DNA of 62,874 nucleotides from positions 1 to 62,874 of the forward strand of contig JAYPJE010000009.1 of NCBI GenBank assembly GCA_038128265.1, read 5' to 3'. Position numbers and translations under genes: made by a program. This stretch comes from Gemmatimonadota bacterium. Its GTDB lineage: Bacteria > Latescibacterota > UBA2968 > UBA8231. Within the stretch, counting starts at the first letter, position 1; every line of letters begins with the position of its first letter. The notes under the pieces were generated by a model. The model ran no database searches. It was not told the origin of the DNA and was given only the letters and a program-made list of their open reading frames with translations. Positions 45,891 through 55,583 of this stretch are shown here, in pieces.

Positions 45891-45919
45891 AAAATACCAT
45901 GTGCCATCGGGTTAGTCAA
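45891..45919 (-). promoter_or_regulatory. Putative extended -10 sigma70 promoter for the minus-strand envelope locus
   Basis: Minus strand TTGACT-N17-TATTTT with TG at the extended -10 position. Confidence 0.55.
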
Positions 45920-46087
45920 GGCAATTGTAAAAAAAATTGACAGGGTCTTTCCGCCTCGAATGGGCAATCCATATCATTCTTTTACAAGCATAGACGACGG
46001 GCCAATGTAGACATTGACAACCGACTCCCCCATCCCATTGATTAGGGGAGAGGCGTTATATCGCCATCACGAGCACCCGCCAAAGGA

Positions 46088-48031
46088 ATGCGTTTGCCTA
46101 GCCCACTCCCTCCCAAAACTGGCGTTTCACCCCGAGCACTGTTAATGGGTGCGGCCTGCTCGCTCATTATCGCGGCTGGCGAGCCGTATGGCGTTTTGGT
46201 GCTGAGCGGCTCACCAATGGCAGCCGACTTCTCTGCCGGAGCAGCCCTGTTCCTGTTTTTCATTCTCGCCTTATGCATCAACCCGCTCGCTCAAGCGCTT
46301 ACGGGCAGCGCACTCCACCGGGGTGAATTGGCGACTATATACATTATGATGATTGTCGCCGCTGCCATCCCTTCCTGGGGATTCACGATGAACCTGGTTC
46401 CCCTACTAGGAGGCTACTTCTACTATGCCACCCCGGAAAACGAGTGGGCCGCCATCATTCAGCCCCACATTCCCGCTTGGCTGGTTCCCGACGACCAACA
46501 CGCTATCTGGAAGCTCTTCGAAGGGGCGCGACAGGGAGAAAGCATCCCTTGGCAACTGTGGTTTGGCCCCCTGGTGGCCTGGGGCCTATTTGCGGTAACC
46601 ATCTATTTCGTGACGCTCTGCCTGCTGGTCGTCCTCCGCAAACAGTGGGTTGAGCGCGAACGCCTGCTCTTCCCGCTAGCAACGCTTCCGCTTGAGATGT
46701 GCCAAACAGAGGAAGGTAAGAGGCTCGCGCCTTTTTTTCGCAATCACTTTATGTGGATCGGCTTTGCCATTCCCGCAGTCATCAACTCTTTTAACGCACT
46801 GCACGCGTTTTACAGCTTTATCCCGCGCATCGACCTGACCAACAATATACTGATCATGCGCAATTCGGTTAACCTGCTCTGCACGCCGCGCTTTGAGGTG
46901 ATTGGACTGTCCTATCTGCTCAGCCTCGACGTCTCGCTTGGCGTGTGGTTTTTTGCCTTTCTCGCCCTGCTACAGACGGGTATGCAGCGCATGTTGGGAT
47001 GGAGCATTGGCCCAACGCAGCCCTTTTCCGATCCGGCGCCTCCCAGCGTCGCCCATATGGCCTTGGGAGCTCTCTTCTTTTTGGTTGGGTCGAGCTTTTG
47101 GCACAGCCGCTCGCATCTGAGAGACGTCGTGCGCAAGGCATTTAAGGGGGACGACGCGATTGACGATAGCGAGGAGTTGCTATCCTACCGCGCCGCCGTC
47201 TTTGGCATCTTGTTGGGCATTGCCCTCTGCTTAACTTGGCTTTGGGCGGCGGGCATGAATGCGCTATCGGCCATCGTCTTTCTGTTCACCGCGCTCATCA
47301 TCTTTGTCGGCTTAGCCCGCATCGTATCCCAAACGGGATTGGCCTACGGACGCGCCACTGTAGCGGCTCCAATTTTCACGGTCAATGCGCTGGGCACGGG
47401 CGCCATCGGTCCGGCCGGATTGACCACCCTCGGCCTGAGTTTTGCCTGGGCGGCCGATATACGCACCTTTGTCATGGCGCAGGCAGCGACCGGGCTTAAG
47501 CTAGCCGAAGTGACGCGGCTCGAACACCGCCGCCTGTTTTGGGCCATCCTGCTGGCGATTGCCACCACCCTAGTTGGGTCAGCTTTCGCCGTGGTGCAAA
47601 TCGCCTATGCCTATGGCGGCATTAACCTGACCGGCTGGCAGTTTATCGGCCTACCCGAATTTTCCGGCAATTGGGTTACCCGCAACATCAATAATGCGCA
47701 GCCGGTCGAACTGTGGCATCTTGGGTTCACCGGTTTGGGGGCCTTTATCATGTCTATTCTAACCTATGTAAAGGCGCGCTACGTGGGCTTTCCCATTCAC
47801 CCAATCGGCATGACTCTCGGCCTTACGCACCCGGTCAACCACGTGTGGTTTTCGGTTTTCTTGGCTTGGCTGTTTAAAGCCGCCATTCTCAAGTACGGCG
47901 GCGCAGGGCTCTATACCCGTTTGCGGCCCCTATTCCTGGGCCTGGTCCTGGGCACCTTTGGCTCGGCTGGGTTTTGGCTAATCATCAGCGCGGTAACCGG
48001 CGTCAACGGCTTAGTATTCACCTTGGGTTAG
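46088..48031 (+). CDS. DUF6785/DUF6784-like polytopic membrane protein (putative transporter)
   Basis: About 16 TM segments; ELATIYIM, YYATPENEW, KQW...ERL.FPL, IGLSYL, FPIHPIG, WFSVFLAWLFK..ILKYGG..LY...RP.FLGL. Confidence 0.8.
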   Translation: MRLPSPLPPKTGVSPRALLMGAACSLIIAAGEPYGVLVLSGSPMAADFSAGAALFLFFILALCINPLAQALTGSALHRGELATIYIMMIVAAAIPSWGFTMNLVPLLGGYFYYATPENEWAAIIQPHIPAWLVPDDQHAIWKLFEGARQGESIPWQLWFGPLVAWGLFAVTIYFVTLCLLVVLRKQWVERERLLFPLATLPLEMCQTEEGKRLAPFFRNHFMWIGFAIPAVINSFNALHAFYSFIPRIDLTNNILIMRNSVNLLCTPRFEVIGLSYLLSLDVSLGVWFFAFLALLQTGMQRMLGWSIGPTQPFSDPAPPSVAHMALGALFFLVGSSFWHSRSHLRDVVRKAFKGDDAIDDSEELLSYRAAVFGILLGIALCLTWLWAAGMNALSAIVFLFTALIIFVGLARIVSQTGLAYGRATVAAPIFTVNALGTGAIGPAGLTTLGLSFAWAADIRTFVMAQAATGLKLAEVTRLEHRRLFWAILLAIATTLVGSAFAVVQIAYAYGGINLTGWQFIGLPEFSGNWVTRNINNAQPVELWHLGFTGLGAFIMSILTYVKARYVGFPIHPIGMTLGLTHPVNHVWFSVFLAWLFKAAILKYGGAGLYTRLRPLFLGLVLGTFGSAGFWLIISAVTGVNGLVFTLG

Positions 48032-48060
48032 AACGCGGCAAAGAGTGTGTGGACAAGGCC

Positions 48061-48870
48061 TTACCATTGATCGTCCGGCACCTCGCTCCATGCTCGCTCC
48101 TCGTCTTCCACGTCCAACACTTCGCTCGTGCCTTCGGCTCGCTGGCAGAGCGATGCGTAGCGGCAACGCCTGCATTCGCGCCGATTCTCCGTCATCGGAA
48201 ATGCGTCTTCTCGGCGCGGCAGCCCTTCAATTTCTGCTATCGCTCGCTCTATCTTTGCACGGGCCTCCTCGTGCTGCTGCGCCGAATAGGAAATGGGCTC
48301 CAGTGCCGCTGGTGCGTTGGCATGCCAATACACCAGCACGATGTCCTCCGGCCTCACACCGCGTTCCCCGCTGAGCACCGCACTCGCTTCTAATGCCACA
48401 TAGCGGTATACCCACGTCTGCCAGCTGTCGGCTAGGTCTCTGACCGCTGGAATGCGCTGCCCCGTTTTCCAATCGCCTATCCATATCCGCCTCTCTTCAG
48501 CGACAACGATGCGATCAAATTGGGCGAGTAGGCGATGGGACAGCAGCGGGACGGATAGCTGCACCTCCGAAAGGACTTGACCCGCGGGCTGTGAGGCCGG
48601 GGTCTGGCGCCAATTTCTCCACCAGCGGACCAGCAGTTCGTCTTCGTGTTCCTGCGCCCATGCATCTACGTCGACGCCAATGCCGTCCTGATGCATCCAG
48701 TGATGGAACAGCGCGCCGCGCTCGACGGCGCGCTCCCAGAGATCCATTTCCTGGCTCAGCGGTGCCGGCCATTGGATGCGACGCACATAGCGCAGCCAAA
48801 AGCGACGACGGCACTGGGCATAGGCCGACAGGCTGCTCTGACTGAAGCGAAAGGGCCCGTTTTCGCTCAC
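48061..48870 (-). CDS. Stand-alone PD-(D/E)XK nuclease of RecB/AddB/Cas4-like type with four-Cys Fe-S motif
   Basis: SQSSL..Y..C, RGALFH, E..L, FDR, DWKTG, Q...Y, CxxCx5C; GTG start overlaps the helicase stop (GTGA). Confidence 0.88.
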   Translation of the reverse strand: MSENGPFRFSQSSLSAYAQCRRRFWLRYVRRIQWPAPLSQEMDLWERAVERGALFHHWMHQDGIGVDVDAWAQEHEDELLVRWWRNWRQTPASQPAGQVLSEVQLSVPLLSHRLLAQFDRIVVAEERRIWIGDWKTGQRIPAVRDLADSWQTWVYRYVALEASAVLSGERGVRPEDIVLVYWHANAPAALEPISYSAQQHEEARAKIERAIAEIEGLPRREDAFPMTENRRECRRCRYASLCQRAEGTSEVLDVEDEERAWSEVPDDQW

Positions 48871-51071
48871 CGCAATTCCCTTTCCCAAAACTGACTGAGC
48901 TTTTCGCAAACCACCGCCTGCCGCGTCGTGCGCATGCGCGTGGCCAGGGGAATTTCGCGGCTCCAGCTAATGGACAAGTAGCGGCGGGCCCGCGTGACGG
49001 CGACGTAGAGCAGGCGCAGCCGTTCGGCAATCACTTCGACGTGTGCCATATCCGTAGCCGAGAGGCGCCCAGCCTGCCATTCGCCAATGAGGCCGAGCAG
49101 TTCAGCGCGCGCTTCCTCGCCCGGGTCGCCGCCCAGAAACTCGTACTCTCCGCGAAAGTGGTCGTCCAGATCGTAGGGAAACCAATCGCCATCGGCACCG
49201 ACGATATAGACCAAGTCCCACTCCAACCCCTTGGCCTTATGCAGGGTCGTTAGCGAAATGCGACCGGGGCGTGGAGCAAAGAGGTCATCCTCCTCCAACA
49301 CCGCCGCTCGACCGCGCGCTGCCAGCCCCAACTCGCGAGCCAACTCGGGCAGACGCCACTCGGGATTGGCATCGGTGCGGGCGCGCAGGAACACGGCCAG
49401 CTTTTGCGCGCGCGCCATATCACCCGGTCCAAACAGGTCCTGCGCAATACTCATCACCAACTGGTCGACCGGCAGCGCAGCGGCGCGCAGCCAGCGGCGC
49501 ATATAGCGGCAAAACACACCGATGGCGCGCAGGTCGAGCGGATCGATGTCCCCAACTGGAGGCAGCGCAGCGCGCGGCTCGGCGCCGTCTTGAGGAAAGA
49601 GCAACGCCTCCGGCCGGTAGCAGCTGCGCAGCAGCGTAGCCACCTGCTCTTCACTACCGGGGCCCCGCGCGTCGGGCCAATAGGTGCGCAGAGCGCGGTA
49701 GGCCCGCTCCATATGCCCTCGTTTGAGCGGCTCGGCTAAAAAGAACAGCACGTGTGAAAGCACGTCGCCCACCTGGCGTGCCGAGTGGGCGCTCTGCAAG
49801 ACTTCGTCAAATTCGGCACCCGCTTCACGCAAGACGTCCGCCATTTCGTACCCCAGTCGGTTGGTGGGAACGAGAATGGCTAGGGTGAGATGGGGACTGC
49901 GCTGGCAAAAGGCACCGGCACGGCGCGCCACATCGCGCATCTCTTCGCCGCGATTGTTGTACTCGCGAAAGGCAATGTCGCTCTCGCCGTCGTCCGGATT
50001 CTGCTGTGGATCCTCTGCCCCCGTCGGAAGAATGTGCTGGGGACGGAAAGTCCGTTCGCGGACTTCTTCTAATGCGTGTTCGCTGCAGGCCCAGTCGACC
50101 AGATAGTTGGCCAGGCGAATAATTTTCGGCGCGCAGCGTCCCGAAATCGACATTTCCAGCGTCTCCACGTCTTCGCGCGCTAAAAAGCGACGTAAATAGC
50201 GCGGGTCGGCTGCGGTAAACGTGCTCATAATCGCCTGGTTTGGATCGCCAACGCGAATCCAGTTGCCGCGATTCTGCCCCAGTAGCGCGAGTAAATCCTC
50301 TTGCAGCGGCACGCTATCCTGCGCCTCATCTTCTAAAACTATGGGCCAGCGTCCCGCTAACCGTGCACGCAGGTCGGAGTGATTTTCTAGCAAATCGACG
50401 GCGCACCGCACTAAATCGGTGAAGTCGAGTCCGCCTATGGTTTCGACCTGCTGCTGATACAATTGGTAAATCTCCGCCCCAATCCGCAGAAAGAGGTTGA
50501 GTTCATCCCCGCCCCCTGACGCAATCCGCGTCAGCAGATCATCCGGCGACAGGCGGCGGTTCTTGGCCGCGTTGATTACCGTCCATCCCACCGTGCGCGC
50601 AATAGAGCGCCACTCGCGCTCCCACCGTTCGTCGTAATAGTCGCCCGGAGCAAGCCCGCTCCACGTGCGCTCGTTTCGCCCGTTCCAGATGCGCACCGCC
50701 TTGTCGAGCAGGTCTGAGCTTGCGCGGTCATCCAACACGCTGAATTCGCTGGCGACGCCGGCAAGCCCTGCATTGGCCTGCACGATGCCGTACGACAGGC
50801 TGTGCAGCGTCCGCACGTCGTAGCCGATCTGCATATGCCCCATTTCCTCCAGCGCCTGGCGAATGCGCGCACGCACGTTGTCGACGGCCGCCGTCTGGTA
50901 AGTGACGATTAGCACCTGCCCCGAAGCCGCCTGTCGCCCCTCGATAAGACGAGTGGCCAAAGCGACAATAGTCGCCGTCTTGCCGCTGCCCGGCACCGCC
51001 GAAACGCCCATTAGACCGCGTTCGTACTCGAGTATTTGCCGCTGGCCCTCGCGCGGCTCAAATGCATTCAT
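48867..51071 (-). CDS. UvrD/SF1A-like ATP-dependent helicase (second, divergent)
   Basis: AVPGSGKT, RTLHSL, EDEAQD, VGDPNQAI, TLHKAKGLEW, RLLYVAVTRAR. Confidence 0.92.
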   Translation of the reverse strand: MNAFEPREGQRQILEYERGLMGVSAVPGSGKTATIVALATRLIEGRQAASGQVLIVTYQTAAVDNVRARIRQALEEMGHMQIGYDVRTLHSLSYGIVQANAGLAGVASEFSVLDDRASSDLLDKAVRIWNGRNERTWSGLAPGDYYDERWEREWRSIARTVGWTVINAAKNRRLSPDDLLTRIASGGGDELNLFLRIGAEIYQLYQQQVETIGGLDFTDLVRCAVDLLENHSDLRARLAGRWPIVLEDEAQDSVPLQEDLLALLGQNRGNWIRVGDPNQAIMSTFTAADPRYLRRFLAREDVETLEMSISGRCAPKIIRLANYLVDWACSEHALEEVRERTFRPQHILPTGAEDPQQNPDDGESDIAFREYNNRGEEMRDVARRAGAFCQRSPHLTLAILVPTNRLGYEMADVLREAGAEFDEVLQSAHSARQVGDVLSHVLFFLAEPLKRGHMERAYRALRTYWPDARGPGSEEQVATLLRSCYRPEALLFPQDGAEPRAALPPVGDIDPLDLRAIGVFCRYMRRWLRAAALPVDQLVMSIAQDLFGPGDMARAQKLAVFLRARTDANPEWRLPELARELGLAARGRAAVLEEDDLFAPRPGRISLTTLHKAKGLEWDLVYIVGADGDWFPYDLDDHFRGEYEFLGGDPGEEARAELLGLIGEWQAGRLSATDMAHVEVIAERLRLLYVAVTRARRYLSISWSREIPLATRMRTTRQAVVCEKLSQFWERELR

Positions 51072-53140
51072 CGCTCGTCCTGTAGCACCTGCTGCACGGC
51101 CATCAGCAGCGGGCTATCCTGCGCTTCGCCTCGCCCCTCGCGCTCGCTTGCACATAGGTAGATACCCTCGCGGCAGCGCAGGGCTAGGCCGCGCACGAGT
51201 CGATGTAGACTCCGATTGCGCAGCGAGCAGTCAACCGCGTCGGTCCAGCGCTCCTGGCGATCCCAACGACGGGTTAGCACGTGGTGATTGGTCAGCGGTT
51301 GGTGCAGCGCATCCCACCAAGTCAGTGCGCCGACGTCGAGCCAAAACTGGTAGCGCGCAACGTGACCGCTGAGTAAGTAGGTATACACCGGCGCGACAAA
51401 GGCGATAGAATCGGGGGCCGTATCCAGATCAGAGTCGGTTAGGTGTTGAGCCGCGACTACGCCCGAGGTCACCATTTCCGCATAGCGCACCCCCACTTCG
51501 GCGGCCCCTAATCCGAGTGCCGGTGCGACGCGGCGAAAGGCCGCTGCAGAAGCGATGAGTTTACTATAGACTGCAGCGCTTTCCGGTTCGATACGATGGT
51601 TAGCTAAAACCTCGCCGAAGAGTCGGCGAAGAAAGTGGTCAAAGGGCGCCACAGCCCCTGTTTGGTAGGCCTGTAACCAAGCCTGCAGAACGCCGTAGCG
51701 CGCCAGTGCGTCCGCGCCAATGCGTTCAGCCTGGACGTTCTCCACGTCTTGCAGCGGATGCAGCCCCCCCGCCGACTCGTCGTAAATGCACTGGGACAAT
51801 AGAGCGGCCCGCAGCGGATCCATGGGTTGGAGAGCCAGCGCCAAGGCCTCGGCCACTTCAAACGACGAGAGCGAGACGGACCATTGGGGATGGGCCAGAG
51901 CCGCCAGCGTCAGACACGAACGCACGATCGGCTCCTCGCGCAGCGACTCATAGCGGCGCACAATGGCAAAAGGGACATCGGCGGCAGCAAACGCCTCGGC
52001 CAGGAGAAAGCGCAGCACGCCGTCGGCGTGGGGCACCACGATAGCTATATCACCCGGGGCGACACCGCTCGAAACAAGGTCGACCACGCGCTGGGCAACG
52101 GCCTCGATCATCTGCGTGCGATAGGGCGTGCGGATCAAGTCGACGACGGCCCCGCGGCTGCGCCCAGCGGAGAAGTCGGCAGTCCCCTGGCCAAGCTGCT
52201 CGCCAATGCGCCCGGCGAAGTGAACCAGATCGGACGGCGCACACTGCTCTTCGCGGGCGTGTATGCGCTCTCGGCACTGTGCGGCCAACTCGGCACAGCC
52301 GGCGGCATCGGCACCAAGGAAAAGGCGAAAACCGCCGCGCTCATCCCCACCCAAAAGAGCCGAATCGCAGCGGGGCAGCAAGCGCGCCATCAAATCGTGG
52401 GCGATCGGCACCATCTCCTCCACCGAATCGACGATCAGGTGGCGGTAGCGCTCGGTGAAATAGCGCCAGAACGCATCGCGCGCAACAAGGTGGGTGTTGA
52501 AGACGTCAAATACCAGCGAGGCGTCGAGCAGACCGTGCTGCAAGCAGTGACCTCGGAAAAGCTCGATACAGTGCTGAACCTGTTCGTAGTAGCGCAACCG
52601 AGCGCTCTCACCCACCCAAGCCTCGCGCAGGCGCGGACCCACTTCCGCCAGGGGAAAACCGCTGACGGCGGCCTTGTTGAGGTCGTCCAGTAACTGCGAG
52701 ACGGCCCGCTGGGGGCGCATCGTCAACCCTTCAAAATAGCCCTGGGCCAACAGCGGCTGTATGAGGGTACCCAAGGCGTATTGCGCCGATTCGTAATTGA
52801 GAAAGACGGGGGGCTTCTCCGGTGCAGCAAAGCCTGCATCGGCGGCCACTAGCGGCCAAAAGAGGCGAATGAGGCGCACGGCCAGACCGTAATACGTCTG
52901 CAGTTCAACTTCGCTATTAGGGCCCCATTCGAGTTGCCCCATCTGTTCGCGAAACTGTCGGACCGTGACGCGGTCGGGGTGCAGCACCAGCAGCGAATAG
53001 CCCGAAACCCCCGACTCGAGTAAAAAGCGCAGGCGCTCTAGCTGTACCTGTCGTTGACCAGCCACCAGCGGTCCGCTGAGAAAACAGGTGTGATTCCCCG
53101 TTATAGGCCCGCGAATCGCCTGGGCAAATTGGGGCACCAT
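51068..53140 (-). CDS. Degenerate (probably ATPase-dead) UvrD-like protein
   Basis: Remnant motifs LSGPLVAGQR (no GKT), QTYYGL, LIVDSVEE, GGDERGG, PGDIAIVVP; GAGGTG RBS; ATGA overlap with the helicase. Confidence 0.75.
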   Translation of the reverse strand: MVPQFAQAIRGPITGNHTCFLSGPLVAGQRQVQLERLRFLLESGVSGYSLLVLHPDRVTVRQFREQMGQLEWGPNSEVELQTYYGLAVRLIRLFWPLVAADAGFAAPEKPPVFLNYESAQYALGTLIQPLLAQGYFEGLTMRPQRAVSQLLDDLNKAAVSGFPLAEVGPRLREAWVGESARLRYYEQVQHCIELFRGHCLQHGLLDASLVFDVFNTHLVARDAFWRYFTERYRHLIVDSVEEMVPIAHDLMARLLPRCDSALLGGDERGGFRLFLGADAAGCAELAAQCRERIHAREEQCAPSDLVHFAGRIGEQLGQGTADFSAGRSRGAVVDLIRTPYRTQMIEAVAQRVVDLVSSGVAPGDIAIVVPHADGVLRFLLAEAFAAADVPFAIVRRYESLREEPIVRSCLTLAALAHPQWSVSLSSFEVAEALALALQPMDPLRAALLSQCIYDESAGGLHPLQDVENVQAERIGADALARYGVLQAWLQAYQTGAVAPFDHFLRRLFGEVLANHRIEPESAAVYSKLIASAAAFRRVAPALGLGAAEVGVRYAEMVTSGVVAAQHLTDSDLDTAPDSIAFVAPVYTYLLSGHVARYQFWLDVGALTWWDALHQPLTNHHVLTRRWDRQERWTDAVDCSLRNRSLHRLVRGLALRCREGIYLCASEREGRGEAQDSPLLMAVQQVLQDER

Positions 53141-53149
53141 ACGCACCTC

Positions 53150-53184
53150 AAAAATAAAAAGGGACGGGTAACGAGCCCCATCCC
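53150..53184 (-). terminator. Intrinsic terminator after the EIIA gene
   Basis: Minus strand GGGATGGG-loop-CCCGTCCC followed by TTTTTATTTTT. Confidence 0.75.
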
Positions 53185-53211
53185 AATCCAATTAAGATTA
53201 TTTAAAAATAA

Positions 53212-53679
53212 TTATTTATGCCCGTTTTTACTTTCCGTAAATACATTGAGGACTTCGGCTGCATCGCTGGCTTCAATCAGGCGTTTGCGCACGTCTTCGT
53301 GCTGCAATAGGCGCGAGAGCGAGGCCAGCAGCTCCATGTGCTGTTTTTGGTGCTTCTTCGGCGTGGCGAGCAATGCCACAATATGGACCGGATTGCCGTC
53401 GATGGAGTCAAAATCGATCCCATCGCGCGAGATGCCCACCGCCAAGAGCTGACGCGCAATGCCGTCGTCGTGCGCGTGGGGCACGGCCACGCCCTTCCCT
53501 ATACCGGTGGAAGCCTGCCGCTCTCTGCGAATGATATCGGCAATGAAGCGCTTGCAGTCGGCCACGGCACTGTCGTTTTCAAACAGCGAGGCCAGCTCGC
53601 GAATAGCGTCGAGATTGCGCTGCGCGCGCAGTCCGACAATCACGTTTTCCGGCTTGAGTATGCGCTCCCATTTATCCAT
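53212..53679 (-). CDS. PTS EIIA component (Ntr/fructose-type, PtsN-like)
   Basis: RE..ASTGIGKGVAVPHA, GIDFDSIDG.PV, H...LASLSRLL. Confidence 0.93.
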   Translation of the reverse strand: MDKWERILKPENVIVGLRAQRNLDAIRELASLFENDSAVADCKRFIADIIRRERQASTGIGKGVAVPHAHDDGIARQLLAVGISRDGIDFDSIDGNPVHIVALLATPKKHQKQHMELLASLSRLLQHEDVRKRLIEASDAAEVLNVFTESKNGHK

Positions 53680-53702
53680 AATGCGGTTCCACCAACGCGC
53701 AA

Positions 53703-53730
53703 AAAGTAATCATCGCATGGTCAAAGTCAA
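53703..53730 (-). promoter_or_regulatory. Putative sigma70 promoter for the EIIA gene
   Basis: Minus strand TTGACT-N16-TACTTT. Confidence 0.45.
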
Positions 53731-53777
53731 TACGCAGCATCCCCATAAGGTGCCCCTTTGGGCAGGCATGCCATGCA

Positions 53778-55583
53778 CTAGTTTTGCCGCTGCACCTGCC
53801 GGATTCTCGCCATCAACTGATGGCCATAGGGCTGAAAAGGATCGATCGCAATGGCTTTTTCTGCGTGAAATTTTGCGCGCTGCACATCACCCAAACGCAG
53901 CGCCATGAGCCCCACGTTATACTGCACCGTGCGCGAGTCAAACGCCACATCGGCGGCTCGGCCATAGGCTGCCAATGCCCCAGCATAATCGGCCCTCTCG
54001 CGCGCCTGCTCCCCCAGCATGAACCAATAGTTACTCTGAATCTTGCGCACCCATGGATCTAAGTTCTCCGCTGCGAACTCGGCGTTGGCCATTTCTATGG
54101 AGCGCGCCAGCGCCGCGGCGCGACGCGCATCGCCCTCGGGTATAAGCTGGTATACCAGCCCCGAAGGCACAAAGGCATAGTTGGCCAGCGGAGACCTTCT
54201 GCGCACGAGGTAGAAGAGCGGATCGGGACCGCGTGCCAGAGCGGCTTCGCGCCGCTGCTGGAGAGCCTGCTGCTGACCCGCAGGGAGCCTGCGTTCGGCT
54301 GCGCTGAGCATATCCGTGCCGCGACCGACGCGGTTGTAGAGCGTGACATCAGAACGCACCTTTTCCACCCGCAGCAAATAGTCGAGAACAAAGGCGACGT
54401 CGTCCCCTTCTGTTACGAGTATCGAACCGGGGGGCAGATCCTCTAGGATATCGAGCCCGTAGCGTTCGGCAACGCGGTTTTCGCTGAGGTCGACCTGGCC
54501 ATACTGCCAGAAAAACGCGCCGGCGGCAACCACCACGCCGATATAGCGCCCGCCCCAACGGGAAAAGCGACGCGCCATATCGTCGAGCCCCAAGCCGAGC
54601 CACAGCGCCAAGCACACATAGCTGACCAAGAAAAACACGCCAATGCCGTTGGGATCGCGGTGGTAGTTAAGCGCAATGATCAGATTGGCCAGCAGCCCGC
54701 TGCCCGTCATAACAAACAGGCTGCGGTCGCGACGCCACGCAGCAATCCCACCCCACACAACGATCGGCAGCACCAGAGCGTGCCATTCGCTCCCGACATG
54801 CTCAGCCCAGCGCTGCGCATTGAGTGCCATTCCCTCTACCGGCAGCGAAAAAAACGCGCTGCGGTAAGTCGCCCCCGTCAGATGGTCCCACAGCGCGTGC
54901 GCCGTGGCCAAGTCACCCCAGTGAAAGCCGGGCCCCAACCCGTTGCGCAGCGGCAGATATAGGACGAGGCTGTAGGCTGCCCCCGCTGTGGCCAATCCGG
55001 CCAACAGATAGCGCCCCCGAACAAAGAGCCCCGGCCACCGCCACGCCCAAAGGACGAGCAACCCCGGCACCAGTAGCGTCTGGTTTAGATGCGCCGTCAG
55101 ACCCAACCCCATGCACCAGGCCGCCATCAGCAGCGCGCGCAGCGAATGCTGCTCGCTCGCTCGCAGCCCCCAACCCATGGCCAGAACCCACAGCATCATT
55201 GAAAGGCCGTAGACTTCGGCGATAATGGCCTGACTCCAATACGTGTGAGAAAAGGCCAGGCACAGCCCCGCACTCGCGGCGACCAGCGGCTGAACACCGC
55301 GCGTGCACAGGAGCCAAGCCAGCGCCGAAGAACCGGCCGCGGCAAAAAGAGCAGCGGCAGCGTTGATTTGCAGCGCCGGGCTTCCCAAGGGCATCAGTGA
55401 AGCTAGCAGGCGTGCCCCCAACGCAAAGAGTGGATAGCCCGTGGGATGGGGCGTGCCCAAATAATAGGCCGCACCAATTAGCTCTCCGCTGCCTTCGACG
55501 TATACGGTCGGACACAGCGTCGCGATATACGCCCCTAGGGACAGGATACCGCATGCGCCCATTACCGCGAATGGCATACTCAT
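53778..55583 (-). CDS. DUF2723 / TMEM260-like GT-C membrane glycosyltransferase with C-terminal TPR
   Basis: TL.PTV...GSGEL......LG.PHPTGYPL, WSQA.IAEVY, GL..H, LYLPLR; TPR tail; ATGA overlap with the upstream gene. Confidence 0.85.
   Translation of the reverse strand: MSMPFAVMGACGILSLGAYIATLCPTVYVEGSGELIGAAYYLGTPHPTGYPLFALGARLLASLMPLGSPALQINAAAALFAAAGSSALAWLLCTRGVQPLVAASAGLCLAFSHTYWSQAIIAEVYGLSMMLWVLAMGWGLRASEQHSLRALLMAAWCMGLGLTAHLNQTLLVPGLLVLWAWRWPGLFVRGRYLLAGLATAGAAYSLVLYLPLRNGLGPGFHWGDLATAHALWDHLTGATYRSAFFSLPVEGMALNAQRWAEHVGSEWHALVLPIVVWGGIAAWRRDRSLFVMTGSGLLANLIIALNYHRDPNGIGVFFLVSYVCLALWLGLGLDDMARRFSRWGGRYIGVVVAAGAFFWQYGQVDLSENRVAERYGLDILEDLPPGSILVTEGDDVAFVLDYLLRVEKVRSDVTLYNRVGRGTDMLSAAERRLPAGQQQALQQRREAALARGPDPLFYLVRRRSPLANYAFVPSGLVYQLIPEGDARRAAALARSIEMANAEFAAENLDPWVRKIQSNYWFMLGEQARERADYAGALAAYGRAADVAFDSRTVQYNVGLMALRLGDVQRAKFHAEKAIAIDPFQPYGHQLMARIRQVQRQN

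Noticed and set aside
48061..48870. Cas4 of a CRISPR-Cas locus
   Set aside because: No cas1/cas2 or repeat-spacer array is visible, and the gene is coupled to helicases instead.
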